From contig CM075989.1 in assembly GCA_038087875.1 (NCBI GenBank), positions 5,394,001 through 5,458,000 on the forward strand: 64,000 bases of DNA, in the 5' to 3' direction. A program made the position numbers and the translations under genes. The DNA comes from Malacoraja senta (lineage: Eukaryota). The notes under the pieces were generated by a model that saw only the letters and a program-made list of their open reading frames with translations, was not told the DNA's origin and searched no databases. Below, in pieces: positions 12,479 through 25,812 of this stretch (positions within the stretch are counted from its first letter, which is position 1; every line of letters begins with the position of its first letter).

Positions 12479-13397
12479 TATGTCTCCATATCGCTGGAAC
12501 ATATTACTGCAATAAGCAAACATGGTCTACAGTGTTTAGGATTTAATTGATCTTCGGGGGCTTCACTGGGGGGATGTTCAGGTGCCCTGGTGAGTGAGTC
12601 AGGTACAAAGGCATTCTCAGGTATAATGTGATCCCATAAAGGTATAATGGGACAGGTAATCAAAGCTGAGACACGGAAGAATAGGTGCATGGATGGGATA
12701 GATTTAGAAGGATATGGGCCAAATGCAGGCTGGTGGGACTTGTGTAGATGGGGCATGTTGGTCAGTGTGAGCACGTTGGGCTGCAGGGTCTGTTTCCATG
12801 CCGTATGGGCTATGACTCTACAATTCTTTCCCTTAGACGGCTGTGCGTCTTTGGAATTCTCTTTCTCAAAGGGCAGTAGATGTGAATCTTTCAAGAATAT
12901 AGACGGCTGAGGTTGTTCCTGTACCTTTAGGGGAATCAAAAGTGATGGAGATTGAGCCAAACAATTGGAGTTGATGTCGAGATGACATCAATCCCTTTTC
13001 ATTGACCACCAGAGTAAACCTGGGCCTGAGTGGTCTACCTCGGCTCCCGTTTCGCAATTCCGCTGTATGCGCAGTGGTCCTCAGACACATTTTGCACACT
13101 TTTTATGTATCCTGGCAGGGGTGTCTGAAAAACGTGAAGCAGAGTCTTGAAGGCCGTTAGAAAGAAGTAAATAATTGGAAAACCGTGAGTCTTTTCAGTG
13201 ATCACAAATGGGTGTGAGGGAATGGGTCCTCACTTTAAGCTCCACTAACTTCAGAGGGACCATATATGTAGGAGACGTGTTCATCGATGGCCAATGCCCA
13301 GTGGGAGAGACCAGGGGCAAATGTGAACCTTACAATGGTTGTTCGTACAGAGACTAGCTGACCCCTAGCCTGGAATAATTCCCCCATCCCACCTCAT

Positions 13398-14115
13398 TTG
13401 AGCTGTAAGGAGAGGTCGGACAAACTTGGATTCTTTTCTCTGGGGCATCTGAGGCTGAGGGGAGACCTGATAGAAGTATATCAAATTATGAGAGGCATAG
13501 GAGAGGTGGACAGTGAGAACCTTTGTTCCAGGCTGGAAATGTCAAAGACTAGAGGGCATAGCTTCAGACTGAATGGGGCAAAGTTTGAAGGAGATTTTTT
13601 CTTTACACAGGGTGGTTGCCTAAAACTAACTGGCTGGGGTGGTGGTGGAGGCAGATACGATTGTGGCATTTAATAGACTTTTAGGTATGGATCATGTGCA
13701 GGCGGATGAGATTTACTTTAGCTTGGCTTGATGTTCGGCACAGACCTCGTGGGCCCAAGAGCCTGTTCCTGTGCTATTCTGTTCAATGTTCTAAAACGGC
13801 CTTGTTAGCAGAAAGCGAAGGACAGTGTTTGGTGGAGATAATGACCTGGATGTTAGAGAATAGACAATAGGTGCAGGAGGAGGCCATTTCGCCCTTCGAG
13901 CCAGCACCGCCATTCAATACCACAATCAGTACCACCTTCTCCCCATATCCCTTGACTCCGCTATCTTTAAGAGCTCTGTCTAGCTCTCTCTTGAAAGCAT
14001 CCAGAGAACCGGCCTCCACCACCCCATGAGGCAGAGAATTCCTCAGACTCACAACTCCCTGTGTGAAAAAGTTTTTCCTCGTCTCTGTTCTAAATGGCTT
14101 ACCCCTTTTCCTTAT
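13398..14115. mobile_element. CR1 fragments (plus 13398-13790; minus 13860-14115)
   Basis: Peptides LGFFSLGHLRLRGDLIEVYQIMRG and FRTETRKNFFTQGVV. Confidence 0.75.
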
Positions 14116-14599
14116 TGTATTGAAAGTTAGGCTGTTTGCCTGGACAAATGTCACAAAATATGGGAGTCCTTCTCCCTGGCGTCTTCTCTTTACAAGCTCC
14201 TGCCTGGCTGTGATGGTCCACTGATGGACTTCACGTAGAGTCCAGCCTGGTAACAATGTTACAGTTGTAGTGAGACCCCTCAGCAAACTAGCCCCATATT
14301 AAACCGGGCACCGGTCTCTCACGAGGATGGTAGTGAATGACAAAGGCAGCTTGAAGACTCATTACGTCGCTTTTCAACCAACTGGGATTTGTTAAATATT
14401 TTAAGAGAGGGCTATGGATCAAACATGAGCAAATGAGACCAGTGTTGATGGGTAACTTGGTCGACATGGACGAGTTGGGGCAAAGAGTCTGTTTCCACGT
14501 TGAATGACTCATGGAAACGACTGGCACACTGCTAACCTTTGATCCTGACCATCAACATTCTTGCAGGGTTTGACAGCTGGCTAAGCCTTGGGCTTTAGC

Positions 14600-15088
14600 C
14601 GGAGGGTGGTGAATCTGTGGGGTTTGTTGCTGCAGAAACGTGTGGAGGGCAAGTCAATGGATATTTTTAAAGCAGAGATAGATAGATTCAGAATCAGAAT
14701 CAGATTTTATTCGCCAAGTATGTTTTGCAACATACGAGGAATTCTTGATTAGTATGGGAGTCAGGGGTTATGGGGCGAAGGCAGCAGAATGGGGTTAGGA
14801 GGGAGAGATAGATGAGCCATGATTGGATGATGGAGTAGACCTAATGGGCCGAATGGCCAAATTCTGCTCCTATCACTTATGACCTTATGAGGGTGGTGGA
14901 GGCTGGTTCTCTGGATGCTTTCAAGGGAGTTAGATACAGCTCTTAGGGATAGCGGAGTTTAGGGATATCGAGAGAAGGCAGGAACAGGGTACAGATTGTG
15001 GATGATCAGCCATGATCACATTGAATGGCGGTGCTGGCTCGAAGGGCCGAATGGCTTACTCCTGCACCTATTGTCTATTGTCTATTGA
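14600..15088 (+). mobile_element. Two tandem CR1 3' fragments
   Basis: CR1 3' UTR gatcagccatgat...gggccgaatggc with (ctattgt)n tail. Confidence 0.7.
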
Positions 15089-16870
15089 CCATAAGATTTA
15101 TCTGGTTGTTAAAGTGATTTTGATCTGTTCCGCGAGTGAGTGTAGCTCTGCTCCTTCCTTCTCCCGTTCCATCTCTGTGCACTGGTGTTTGCCTGCAGGG
15201 GTGGAGGCTTTGCTAATGGTGATCGGGACAGCCAGGAAGCTGTCCTTGGCCAATCCACAATCCTGGACTTACCGTGTCAGCAGCAACGTGTGTGGCAGAA
15301 AGCTGCTGGCAGGAAGTTCTGGTCGATGTTTACCGCAATGGTTCGAGCTATGGTTTTCAAAGTGGTTCGGAACAGTTTTTGTAAGTCAAGCTTTTGTTTA
15401 CAGTAATCGGGCCACTGTTCCTTGGGTGCACGGCAGGGATCAGATTTAGACTTGCGATACAGCGACTGATGTTTTCTGTTATCCCTTTTGTAGTTTTTAT
15501 CCACTTTGTCCTTAAATATTGGCTTTATGCGGTCCATAATTTAGAATAATTATCCTGCAGATCTTTAAGTCAATGAGATTAGTTTTGGACCAACAGTGGT
15601 TCCTCTCCATTGAAAAACATCTGAATGAATCTGGTAGCCACATCCGTTCCACATGTCCTAATGTCATCACAAACTGATGCTGAGGAAGAACAAGGACAGA
15701 ATCCCCACCAATTAAGAGCTTTACTCGTCGCTTGTAGTTTAGATTTGTTATTTTCAACCACATCCTTTCAAACTTATAAAGTGAATTTTTTTTTTTAATT
15801 GACGATGTTTATTGTGAATATGTGGAAAATTATTTTTTCCTCATGTGGTTTTTTTAGTCCGATTTTTTGTCCAGTCATACGAAGACTGTGAAATAAGATC
15901 AATTTCATGACAATCATTGGCATATACCAGAAGTGATTTGGCACGCACAAGCATGCCAGGTTTTGCAAATCAAACTTAATTTAAAACAGAGGCTCAAGGA
16001 ACTGCAGATTCTGATTTACAAAAAAAGACACAAAGTGATACTCAAAGGTTCAGGCAGCACCTTTGGAGAACATGTTTCGAGTTGGGAGGCATTTTCAGAC
16101 CAGTCTAGAACACAGGGCATGGAAGAAGTTTTGTGAGAAGCAGTGGATTGAATGTAGGTCCCAGAGAGCCTGAATGGAGCATCCCATCCCGAAATGTCAC
16201 CTATCCATGTTCTTCAGAGATGTTGCCTGACCTGCTGATTTAAATCAGTGGGATGTAGAAACATAGAAACAAACATAAAAACATAGAAAGTAGGTGAAAG
16301 TAGGCCATTCGGCCCTTCGAGCCAGCGGCGCCATTCAATATGATCATGGCTGATCATCCAGAACCAGTAGTTCCTGCTTTTTCCACATATCCCTTGATTC
16401 TGTTAGCACTAAGAGCTATATTTATCTCTCTCTTGAAGACATCAATACACGTGGAGGAAACTGGAGCACTCGAAGGAAACACAACACGGTCACAGGGAAG
16501 AGATCAAACTCCACACAGAGAACATCCGAGGTCAGGATCGAACCCGGGTCTCTGGCGCATGAGGCAGCTCTACCAGCTGCTGCACCACTGGGCTTCCCCA
16601 GTATTAGCAAGTCCTTTATTGACAAGGACTATTTATGGAAATAAATACAAAAACAAAACATTCTAATTGAATCAGAAAAACGTGAAGGGAATTTTAGGAA
16701 TCCCAACCAATCCATTTAAGTCTCTTAGGATTGGGTGTCGCGGTGACCACAACTCCAAAGCCCTTCTAAAACTCAAAGTGCCTCGCGTTCCAGATTAGAC
16801 TCAAAGGGTTTCTGCCATGTAACTCTCTTAGTTGTGGAGAGCTGTTGAGTAAAGTGTCATATAAATGTAT

Positions 16871-17187
16871 GTTTAGTTAGTTTAGAGATACAGCACGGAA
16901 ACAGGCCCTTTGGCCCACCGAGTCCGCGCCAACCAGCGATCCCCGCACATTATCACTACCCTACACACACTAGGCACAATTCTACATTTACATTTATACC
17001 AAGCCAATTATCCTGCAAACCTGTATGTCTTTGGAGTGTGGCAGGAAACAAAAGATCTTGGAGAAAACCCACACAGGTCACGGGGCGAATGTACAAATTC
17101 TGTACGGACGGCATGCGTTGTTAGGATCAAACTTGATTCTCTGGCGCTGTGAGGCAGCAACTCTACCGCTGCACCACCGTGCCGCCC
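16871..17187 (-). mobile_element. HE1-like SINE, full length
   Basis: Reverse complement of head, V-domain and tail. Confidence 0.85.
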
Positions 17188-17427
17188 TTGTTGTTATTCT
17201 ATCAGTTAGGGGCTGTCACAGAAATAAATAAAAATAAACCTGCAGTACTCCTGGTCAGTGGTGAGAGTGAGGGGCTACCCTGCTGGAAGTGGAGGTAGGA
17301 ACTGTTTATTTGTCTGTAAACCCTGTGTGTAGACTGGTACATGTAAGGTGTTCTTCCAGCTTATTCTTGGCCTACTTACATCACATGGAAAGTCTCCCCA
17401 GCAGAAGTCAAACCTCTCAGGTTTGGG

Positions 17428-17718
17428 GGGCGGCACAGTGGAACAGCAGTAGAGTTGCTGCTTTACAGCGCTGGAGAAGTGCGTTCGATCTGGACTATGG
17501 ATGCTGCCTGTACGTAGATTGTACCTTCTCCCTGTGACCATGTGGGTTTTCTGCAGGTGCTCTGGTTTCCTTCCACACTCCAAAACCGTACAGGTTTATA
17601 GGTTAATTGGCTTCTGTAAATTATCCCTTGTGTGTAGGATAGAACTGGCGCACAGGTGATTTCTGGTCGGCTTGGACTTGGTGGGCCGAAGGGCCTGTGT
17701 CTAAAACGAAAACTAAAA
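17428..17718 (+). mobile_element. HE1-like SINE
   Basis: Head gggcggcacagtgg, V-domain, tail. Confidence 0.8.
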
Positions 17719-19037
17719 CACTAAAAACTCAAGAAACTCGAGAAAGAAAGTCAGCAAACCATACAGACATAGAAGAAAGGAGAGGGTGCACAATAGTGTG
17801 AGCATATTTCAACAATGGCATAAGCCAACACGATATGGACAAGATGCCTATCCATGTTCTCCAGATGCCGCCTGACCCGCTGAGTTACTCCAGCACTTTG
17901 TGTCCTTTTGTGTAAACCAGCATCTGCAGTTCCTTGTTTCTACATTTCAACAAGATGTTAAAGTTGTGTGACGTTGCCTTCACTGCCTATGCTCCAGAGT
18001 CGGAATTTCTTTCCTGAACTTTTCAATGTATCCAACTCTCTTCTCTTTTAATAGACATAAAACTTAAAACTCAATCATGTCTTGTGGATGTTTCACCAGA
18101 CGAGAATCAGTGTAACGTTCTGTTCTATTACTATTATACTGCATCGCACAGTTTATATGTGACAGGCAAGTGCAAGTAGAAATACATAAACACAAGTTAT
18201 TATAGTGGCTCAACATCATCAAGGTCTAATTTCAGTAGTACCTTCTCTCATGTTGGTCTTTGTCCGTATCATGTTCTTGTTGTGGTCAAGATGTGACTTC
18301 ATGGTCAGCAAAGTAGTAACTCCAGTTTGACATACTCCAGAAGACTTCACCCCACATCTTATCTCCAGGTCATAGAGTGATACATCATGGAAACAGGCCC
18401 TTTGGCCCAACACGTCCATGGCGACCAAAATGGCCCATCTAAGCTAGACTCATTTCCGAGCTTTGGCAAATGGGACCAGCTCTAAAACCTTTCCAATCCA
18501 TGTACTTGTCCAAGTGTCTTTTAAATGTTGTTATAGTACCTTCCTTCCATCCATACCTTGACACCTCCATAACCCATCACCCTGTGAGTGAAAAAGTTGC
18601 CCCTTCAGGCTCCTATTAAATCTTTTGACTCTCACCTTAAACCTATGTCTTCCGGTTTATGTCACATCACCTGTTAAATGAACCTCTATTCTGGTGACAA
18701 CCAAGTTCTCCAAACAATGGCGATAAAAGTGATAATTTTCATTTGCAACTCTGGGTTTGCTCAGAATAGTCTGCTGTGATACTAATCTTCAATTCACAAA
18801 GACTGTGTGATCCTGTAGAAGTGAGAAACTGCTAACACAATTACAACATCCAACCATTTCTGCTTCCTCCATCAAGACCATGGGGTACAGCATGCATTAA
18901 CAATGTAAAGGGTGATTTGCAGTGGAGAAAAGCTGTCAGTGAGGCCCTTAAAACAATCAGAGCATTTGTAAATTAAATCTCATTTGCCAAACTATACTTA
19001 GATTAATTCCCCAGTTAGTGGGATATGTAAATTCTGA

Positions 19038-19340
19038 GGGCGGCACGGTGGTGCAGCGCTAGAGTTACGGCCTTACAGCGCCAGGTTCGATCCTGACTAC
19101 GGGTGCATGTAGGTAAGGAGTTTGTACGTTCATCCTGTGACCTGCACGGGTTTTCTCCGGGTGCTCCGGTTTCCTCCCACACTACATTAACGTACAGGTT
19201 TGTAGGTTAATTGGCTTGGCATAATTGTAAATTGTCCCTAGTGTGTGTAGGATAATGCTAGTGTATGGAGATTGCTTGTCGGCGCAGACTCAGTGGGCCG
19301 AAGGGCCTGTTTCCGTGCAATATCTCTAAACGAAACTAAA
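19038..19340 (+). mobile_element. HE1-like SINE
   Basis: Head, V-domain, tail. Confidence 0.85.
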
Positions 19341-19954
19341 TAATTTATCGATTATCAAACCAATTCTTAGCTGTAGATAGCTCATTTCTAGTTTATGTGT
19401 CTGCTTATATGGTAATCTGAAAATCTACCCTTAAATCTATCTTTGAGTTTTGACGTTAATTCAGTTTCTCTCTCCACGGATGCTGCCTACCCTCAAGTGT
19501 AAATAAAGAATCATATGTTTTTATTGAAATCTATTTTTATTTTGCTGGCTAATTTTAGACCCAATGCTTGTACCAATATGGTGGGTGGCTGTGGACGGAT
19601 GTATTTCATAATGCCATATGAAAATGCAAACATGTTTTAAGTAAATGGAATAAACACTAAAAGTGTTTCGCCAAGAAAATGGTGTGTTCTTGCAATGACC
19701 TCAATCATATAGAACCAAAACATAAATATCCGCTTGTAGCACTTAAGGTAACCTGTAACTTTTATGACATGTTTGAACGCTTAATTTTCCCTGTGCATGT
19801 AAATAAACCAGGCAGTAGATTTAGTAGAGAGATTTAAACAGTGGATCTTTACATGCTGTGCTAATGTTATATCTCGTCGTACAAAACTGGCTTTCGTCAG
19901 ATCCTGCCATGATGCTCGATGGTTTTGGCACTGTTGATGTACCTCATCTTGTAT

Positions 19955-20392
19955 AGAGTCATAGAGTGATACAGTGTGGAAACAGGCCCTTCGGCCCAAC
20001 TTGCCCACACCGGCCAGCAATGTGCCAGCTGCACTAGTCGCACCTGCCTGCGCTTGGTCCATATCCCTGCAAACCTGTCCTATCCTCGTACCTGTCTAAC
20101 TGCTTCTCAAATGTAGGGATAGTCCTAGCCTCAACTACCTCCTCTGGCAGACAAAAGTGCTGGAGAAACTCAGCGGGTGCAGCAGCATCATAGATGCTGC
20201 TGCACCCGCTGAGTTTCTCCAGCACTTTTGTCTACCTTCGATTTTCCAGCATCTGCAGTTCCTTCTTAAATACCTCCTCTGGCATCTTGTTCCATACACC
20301 CACCACCCTTTGTGTGAAAAAAGTTACCCCTCGGATTCCTATTAAATCTTTTCCCCCTTCACCTTAAACCTATGTCCTCTGGTCCTCGATTC
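19955..20392 (-). mobile_element. CR1 3' fragment with a PLE-derived palindromic insert (20150-20270)
   Basis: Insert flanked by 14-bp direct repeat tacctcctctggca (20136-20149 / 20271-20284). Confidence 0.75.
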
Positions 20393-21371
20393 ACTCGATT
20401 GGACTACATGTTCTGTCTGCCTCCACTTATGCAGTGACCAACACCACTCTCTGAAGCACCTCCCCATTGTGGTGTGGGATTACCGACATATATATTTTTA
20501 ATCTAGCTGACTGCGGCTGGAAGATTATCTGTAGTGGACCTCCACTGTCACCTCTGGTGTTTCTCGAGGACCTACTTCCTTGTCCACATTCCACGTCCAC
20601 CACCCACACGCTACTCCTCCGCACAATGTCCAAACACACAATTTAAACTGCCGCCTAACAAAACTCAGCTCCCCAGCCTCCCCTTCCGTCACCAGGTTTA
20701 CAGGCTGATGGTCTGACATCAAGTTTTAGAGAAGGACTAACTTCCCTCAGCTAATTACTGGAACACTGTAGCCATTGTCTTTGATGTAGGAAAAAACTGT
20801 AGATGGTGGTTTCAACCGAAGATAGATACAAAATGGCTCGAAGGGCCAAATGGCCTCCTCCTGCACCTATTGTCTAAAATGCTGGGGTAACTCAGCGGGA
20901 CAGGCAGCATCTCATGAGAGAAGGAATGGGTGATGTTTCGACCCAAAATGTCACCCATTCTTTCTCTCTGGAGCTGCTGTCTGTTCTGCTGAGTTACCCC
21001 AACATTTTGTGTCTATCTTCCATTATCTTTGGTGTCTGGCAGAGCCATGCCCTACTCATCGGCTCCATCCACTTCCCTGGGACTGGTGTTTGGGAGGAGC
21101 TTCAGCCCCTGTATCTGGGCTAGGACCACCTATTCCTATATTCTGAAGCTATCCGATTCCCGGCTTTAGCTTAACCTCTGCTGCCCTGCTTCACCACAGG
21201 GCTTACCCACCGGTAAAGTACGGGTTCCGTTATTACGGATGTCCGAAGTTGATTTTATCTGTGTCGGAACATACACAAAATCACTCCATATTGTGACCAC
21301 ACCTCCCCAGCATTGCAAAGATTCACATCAAAAACAAGCAAGGCTGATAACAAAGAACTGTTGTTAAAAGT

Positions 21372-21937
21372 GGAGGGAGAGGGAGGGGGGGGAGGGGGGG
21401 ATAGGGGGGATAGAGGGGGGGATAGAGGGGGGGAGGGGGGAGAGAGGGGGAGGGAAGGGGGGGAGAGAGGGGGGAGAGAGAGGGGAGAGAGGGGGAGAGA
21501 GAGGTGGAGGTAGAGGGAGGGAGAGAGAGTGAGAGGGGGAGAGGGGGAGGGAGGAGGGAGAGGGGGAGAGAGGGGGGGAGAGGGTGAGAGAGGGGGGAGA
21601 GGGGAGGAGGGAGAGGAGGAGGGAGAGGGAGGGAGAGAGTGAGAGGGGGAGGGAGGAGGGAGAGGGGGAGAGAGAGGGGGAGAGGGAGGGGAGAGGGGAG
21701 GAGGGAGAGGAGGAGGGAGAGAGAGTGAGAGGGGGAGAGAGGGGAAGGGAGGAGGGGGAGGGGGAGAGAGAGGAGGGAGAGAGGGGGGGGAGAGAGAGGG
21801 GGAGAGGGGGAGAGAGAGGGGAGGAGAGAGGGGGAGAGGGGGAGGAGGGGGAGAGGGGGGAGAGAGGGGGAGGAGAGAGGGGAGGAGAGAGGGGGAGGAG
21901 AGAGGGGGTGAGAGGGAGAGGTGGAGAGGGGGAGAGA
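21372..21937. repeat. Polypurine (G/A) low-complexity tract
   Basis: About 560 bp almost exclusively G and A, with many G3-G7 runs. Confidence 0.95.
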
Positions 21938-22524
21938 AAACTAATACCACTGTTAATAGGAATTAAAGTATGTACATTGTTGGACTTTGGGATGTACTAA
22001 TGTTAGGGGGGCTTGTTTGTATGGAGGGGAGCTGTTCATAAGGTGGGTGTCTGTAACCCGGCGAGCCACACAAACTGACCTTCCCCATTCTATTTTCCAA
22101 ATCTGCTGCCTGGGGCCAAACTCAAGTCGAGTTGCTCACTTCACCCACCACCTGCGGGTTTGCCGAGTTACATCGACCCCTGGTGACACAGTGGCTTGTA
22201 AAATGCTCACCAATGTTTTCAAATCCCTTCACCCGTCCCTGTCCCGCTAGCTGTCTTCAGCCCTACAGCCCTCCACGATATCTGCACGCCTCCCAAGTCT
22301 GGACTCTTGAAAACCATTACATTTAATCTCTACGCCTTCAAACATCACGACCCTCAACTCGGGAGTTTCCATCACAACCCCATCTGTCTGCCGGCCCCGT
22401 TCTTCCTCTAAGAAACCACTAAAAACAAAGCTATTTGATGAAATAATTTGGTATACCGCACATTATATCATTGGCTCAACGTCAGATGCTCCCGGGAAGT
22501 GTATGGCGTGAAACTTCATTAACC

Positions 22525-22727
22525 ATGTGTAGGAAGGAACTACAGATGCTGGTTTAAATCGAAGATAGACACAAAGTGCTGGAGTAACTCAGCGGGTCAG
22601 GCAGCATCTCCGAAGGCAACGTTTCGAGTCTGAAGAAGGGTCTCGACCCGAAACGTCCCCCATTCCTTCTCTCCAGTGATGTGCTGCCTGTTCCATTGAG
22701 TTACTCCAGGTTATTTTTTTAAATGTC
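22525..22727. mobile_element. Palindromic PLE-derived unit with hammerhead-like core at 22630-22657
   Basis: 14-bp direct repeat aaacttcattaacc at 22511-22524 / 22728-22741; intact CTGAAGAAGGGTCTCGACCCGAAACGTC. Confidence 0.75.
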
Positions 22728-23874
22728 AAACTTCATTAACCCGTTCAGTGCCGCCCCCGAGTATACTCAGGTCATGGCCAATAGTGGGGGAAAAAATTGG
22801 CAGTGAACAGGTTAAAGATATTTACATCGACTGATTAGCTGAATGCCAAACTTGAAACCAATTTAAGAGATGCATCAATTGCTTTGTACGATTCTCCCCA
22901 ATTCAGAAGTACCTGATAACACAAGTGATCTAAACTAGGTCGGATGCAATGCCATATTCGAAAAGGAAAAAAAAACCCATTCTCGCTAAATCAACAAAAA
23001 GGAAGAAAAATTTGAAGCCAGCAAAACTCCTTCAAGCTCCCTGCCAGATTAAATTGAATCATCATCTTACACTTGCTCCAGTGGGGCAGTTAAAATCTCT
23101 CCGTAAAGGCTGTGGCGGGGGTTACCGATGTGGGCTGTGATGAGTTTATTGATCTCACATTTGTTCTCGAGCATCACAGAGCTATGAAAGGTAAATTTGG
23201 GCAAGTGTGTACTTGCTCCCGGTTCAGGGACTGGAGGTATACTTTAGCCCAGGACATGGTGAAACACAGCTTGATTGCATTTTGGAAACGAACGCCACTT
23301 ATCTGAAGGGACTTTTTGAAACACCCAATCTGTCCTTATTCACGGGCTGAAGGATATTTACTTGAGGATTCAAGATTCAAGATCCAAGAGAGTTTATTGT
23401 CATGTGTCCCAGATAGGACAATGAGATTCTTGCTTTGCTTCAGCACAACAGAACATAGTAGGCATGAATACAGAACAGATCAGTGTGTCCATATACCATT
23501 ATAAGCATGATAAATTGATAATAAACCAACTAAAAGTAAATAGGGTTTGTTATAGGAGGGAAACTGGATTGCAAATGTTGGATTCTTGGGGAAAAAAACC
23601 CCAATTGCTGGAGGAACTCAGGCGGCATCCGTGGTGGAAAACAGACAGACCACGTTTCGAGGCGGGACCCTTCTTCAGACCGAGGGGAAAGGACACGTTA
23701 TTCCTTTCCACAGAAAAGGTGAGTGTAAAGAAAAATTGAGGAGAAATAAAATTGTAAAATGAATGCGCTCACGACCATTGCTGGTAAGACTGGATTCACT
23801 GTCACCCACCCAAACTTGTCTTGCACTAAACGGTTTGCCGAGACATTTCAAAATACAATTAAGAGTTGACCTGA

Positions 23875-24180
23875 AAACAGACACGAACATGCTGGAGTAA
23901 CTCAGCGGGTCAGGCAGCATCTCTGGCGAAAAGGAATGGGCGATGTTTCGGGTCGAGACCCTTCTTCAGACTGAGAGCCAGGGGAGAGGGACACGAGAGA
24001 TTTTGGACATATGAATGAAAGATATGCAAAAAGTAATGATAATCAAGGGAAGGTGGAGCCTGCAATGGTCCATTGACAGATGTGGGGTGGGTGATAACGA
24101 GTTATACAGACACTAAAACTCAACAGGACGCTGCTGATAGTTTTAAGGGGCAAGAGAGGGAGATAGCAGGGGTAAGAACC
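23875..24180 (-). mobile_element. Penelope-like 3' remnant
   Basis: Terminal repeat plus 3' UTR similar to 5640-5935 and 48520-48945. Confidence 0.65.
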
Positions 24181-24913
24181 CCACAAATATACAGACGCAC
24201 ACATACAAATGATTGGCCAGAACATTAAGAACACACACAGCCACATTTGCCAAATAGAAATCCCCGAGCGTTCTCCTGTAGAAACTGAACTTGTGAAGGA
24301 TTGTATAGATTTTTTTCCCTTAGCGATAATAGTGAACCCCGTTAGGTTTTAATCTTGACTAGTTCACAGCCACAACTGTTGATCTCGGCCATAAAAGGAG
24401 AAACATTTCCTCTGTCACCATTAAGGTGCTTATTTAAAAGGCTGAGCAATTGCAATTTCCTCATCATCCTTCGTGTTATTCTATCCCACACGCATTTTAC
24501 TTGCAGTCGTTTAGATTGCTTTCCCTTGAACTTTGTCTCTGTAGCCACCTCACAAAAAGTCCCTTCAGATCAGTTCACTTCCACCGAGACCGACACTGTG
24601 TAGCAAGAGGGCGTGCACACGAATGGAAAGACTGATTTTTGTTTTTGAACTAAAAAAATGTAAACTTAAGGTTTCCGTTTCTGCATTGGGTTCAGGGTTG
24701 GGGTATTTTTCTGTGTAAAAATAAAAAAATCCAGCCCTTCATTTTCCTGGCTTCGGCAATCACTCCTTGCTCTGCATGTGGTCCAACGCTCAGATGAAAA
24801 CTACTTTTGTTACTTGCTGTGAGTCTCGCTGGAGTGACATAGAGGCCAGTGTATTAGAGAACGGTGAGACCAGAAGGGAAGCCAGGCGTCATCTGGTGGC
24901 TGAAACGCCGCGT

Positions 24914-24928
24914 ACTAACTAACTAACG

Positions 24929-24975
<47 letters not shown>
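24914..24975. repeat. (CTAA)n microsatellite
   Basis: About 15 tandem ctaa units. Confidence 0.95.
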
Positions 24976-25037
24976 GGTCGCTGAGGAAGGGGGGAAATGA
25001 GTGTGTGATTCACCACTAACACCATTCATTCATTCAT

Positions 25038-25812
25038 CGGCCACGGTAGCGACAGCGGTAGAGTTGCTGCCTTACAGCAAAATGCAGCGCCAGAGACCCG
25101 GGTTCGACCCCGACTATGGGTGTTATCTGTACGGAGTTTGTACATTCTCCCCGTGATCTGCGTGGGTTTTCTCCGAGATCTTCGGTTTCCTCCCACACTC
25201 CAAAGACGTACAGGTTTGCCAGTTAATTGGCTTGATTAATTGGCTTGGTAAAAATTGTCCAAGTTAGCGATATGCAGAGTACTGCCCCGCCGACTACAAC
25301 ATTCAGAAGATTCAGAAGAAGACAATCAAAACGTGCACTTGAAGGAACTGCAGATGCTGGAAACTCGAAGGTAGACAAAAATGCTGGAGAAACTCAGCAC
25401 TCCATAGATGCTGCCTCACCCGCTGAGTTTCTCCGGCATTTTTGTCTAACTTAAAACATGGCTTTTATTTTCTAAGCGTGATAAATTAATAATAGATCAA
25501 TTGAAAGTAAACCGATTTTGTTATTCTTTCCTTTTTTAGTTTGGAGACACAGGCCCTTCAGCCCACCAAGTCCACACCGACCATCGATCACCCGTTCACA
25601 CCAGTTCTATGTTATTCCATTACACACACGGGGGGGGGGGGCAATTAACCGACACACACGAGCGTCTTTGGAGTGTGGGAGGAAACCGGAGCGCCCGGGG
25701 GGAACCCACGCGGTCACAGGGATAAACGTGCAAACTCCACACAGACGGCGCCCGAGGTCAGGATCGAACCCGGGTCTCTGGCGCTGTAAGCGCTGAAAGG
25801 CAGCAGCTCTGC
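25038..25812. mobile_element. Two oppositely oriented HE1-like SINEs (plus 25038-25260; minus 25535-25812) around a PLE-derived unit
   Basis: SINE head and V-domain motifs on both strands. Confidence 0.7.

Noticed and set aside
21255..22000. 231-aa Pro/Ser/Leu-rich and 138-aa Gly/Glu/Arg-rich ORFs
   Set aside because: Translation artefacts of the polypurine tract.
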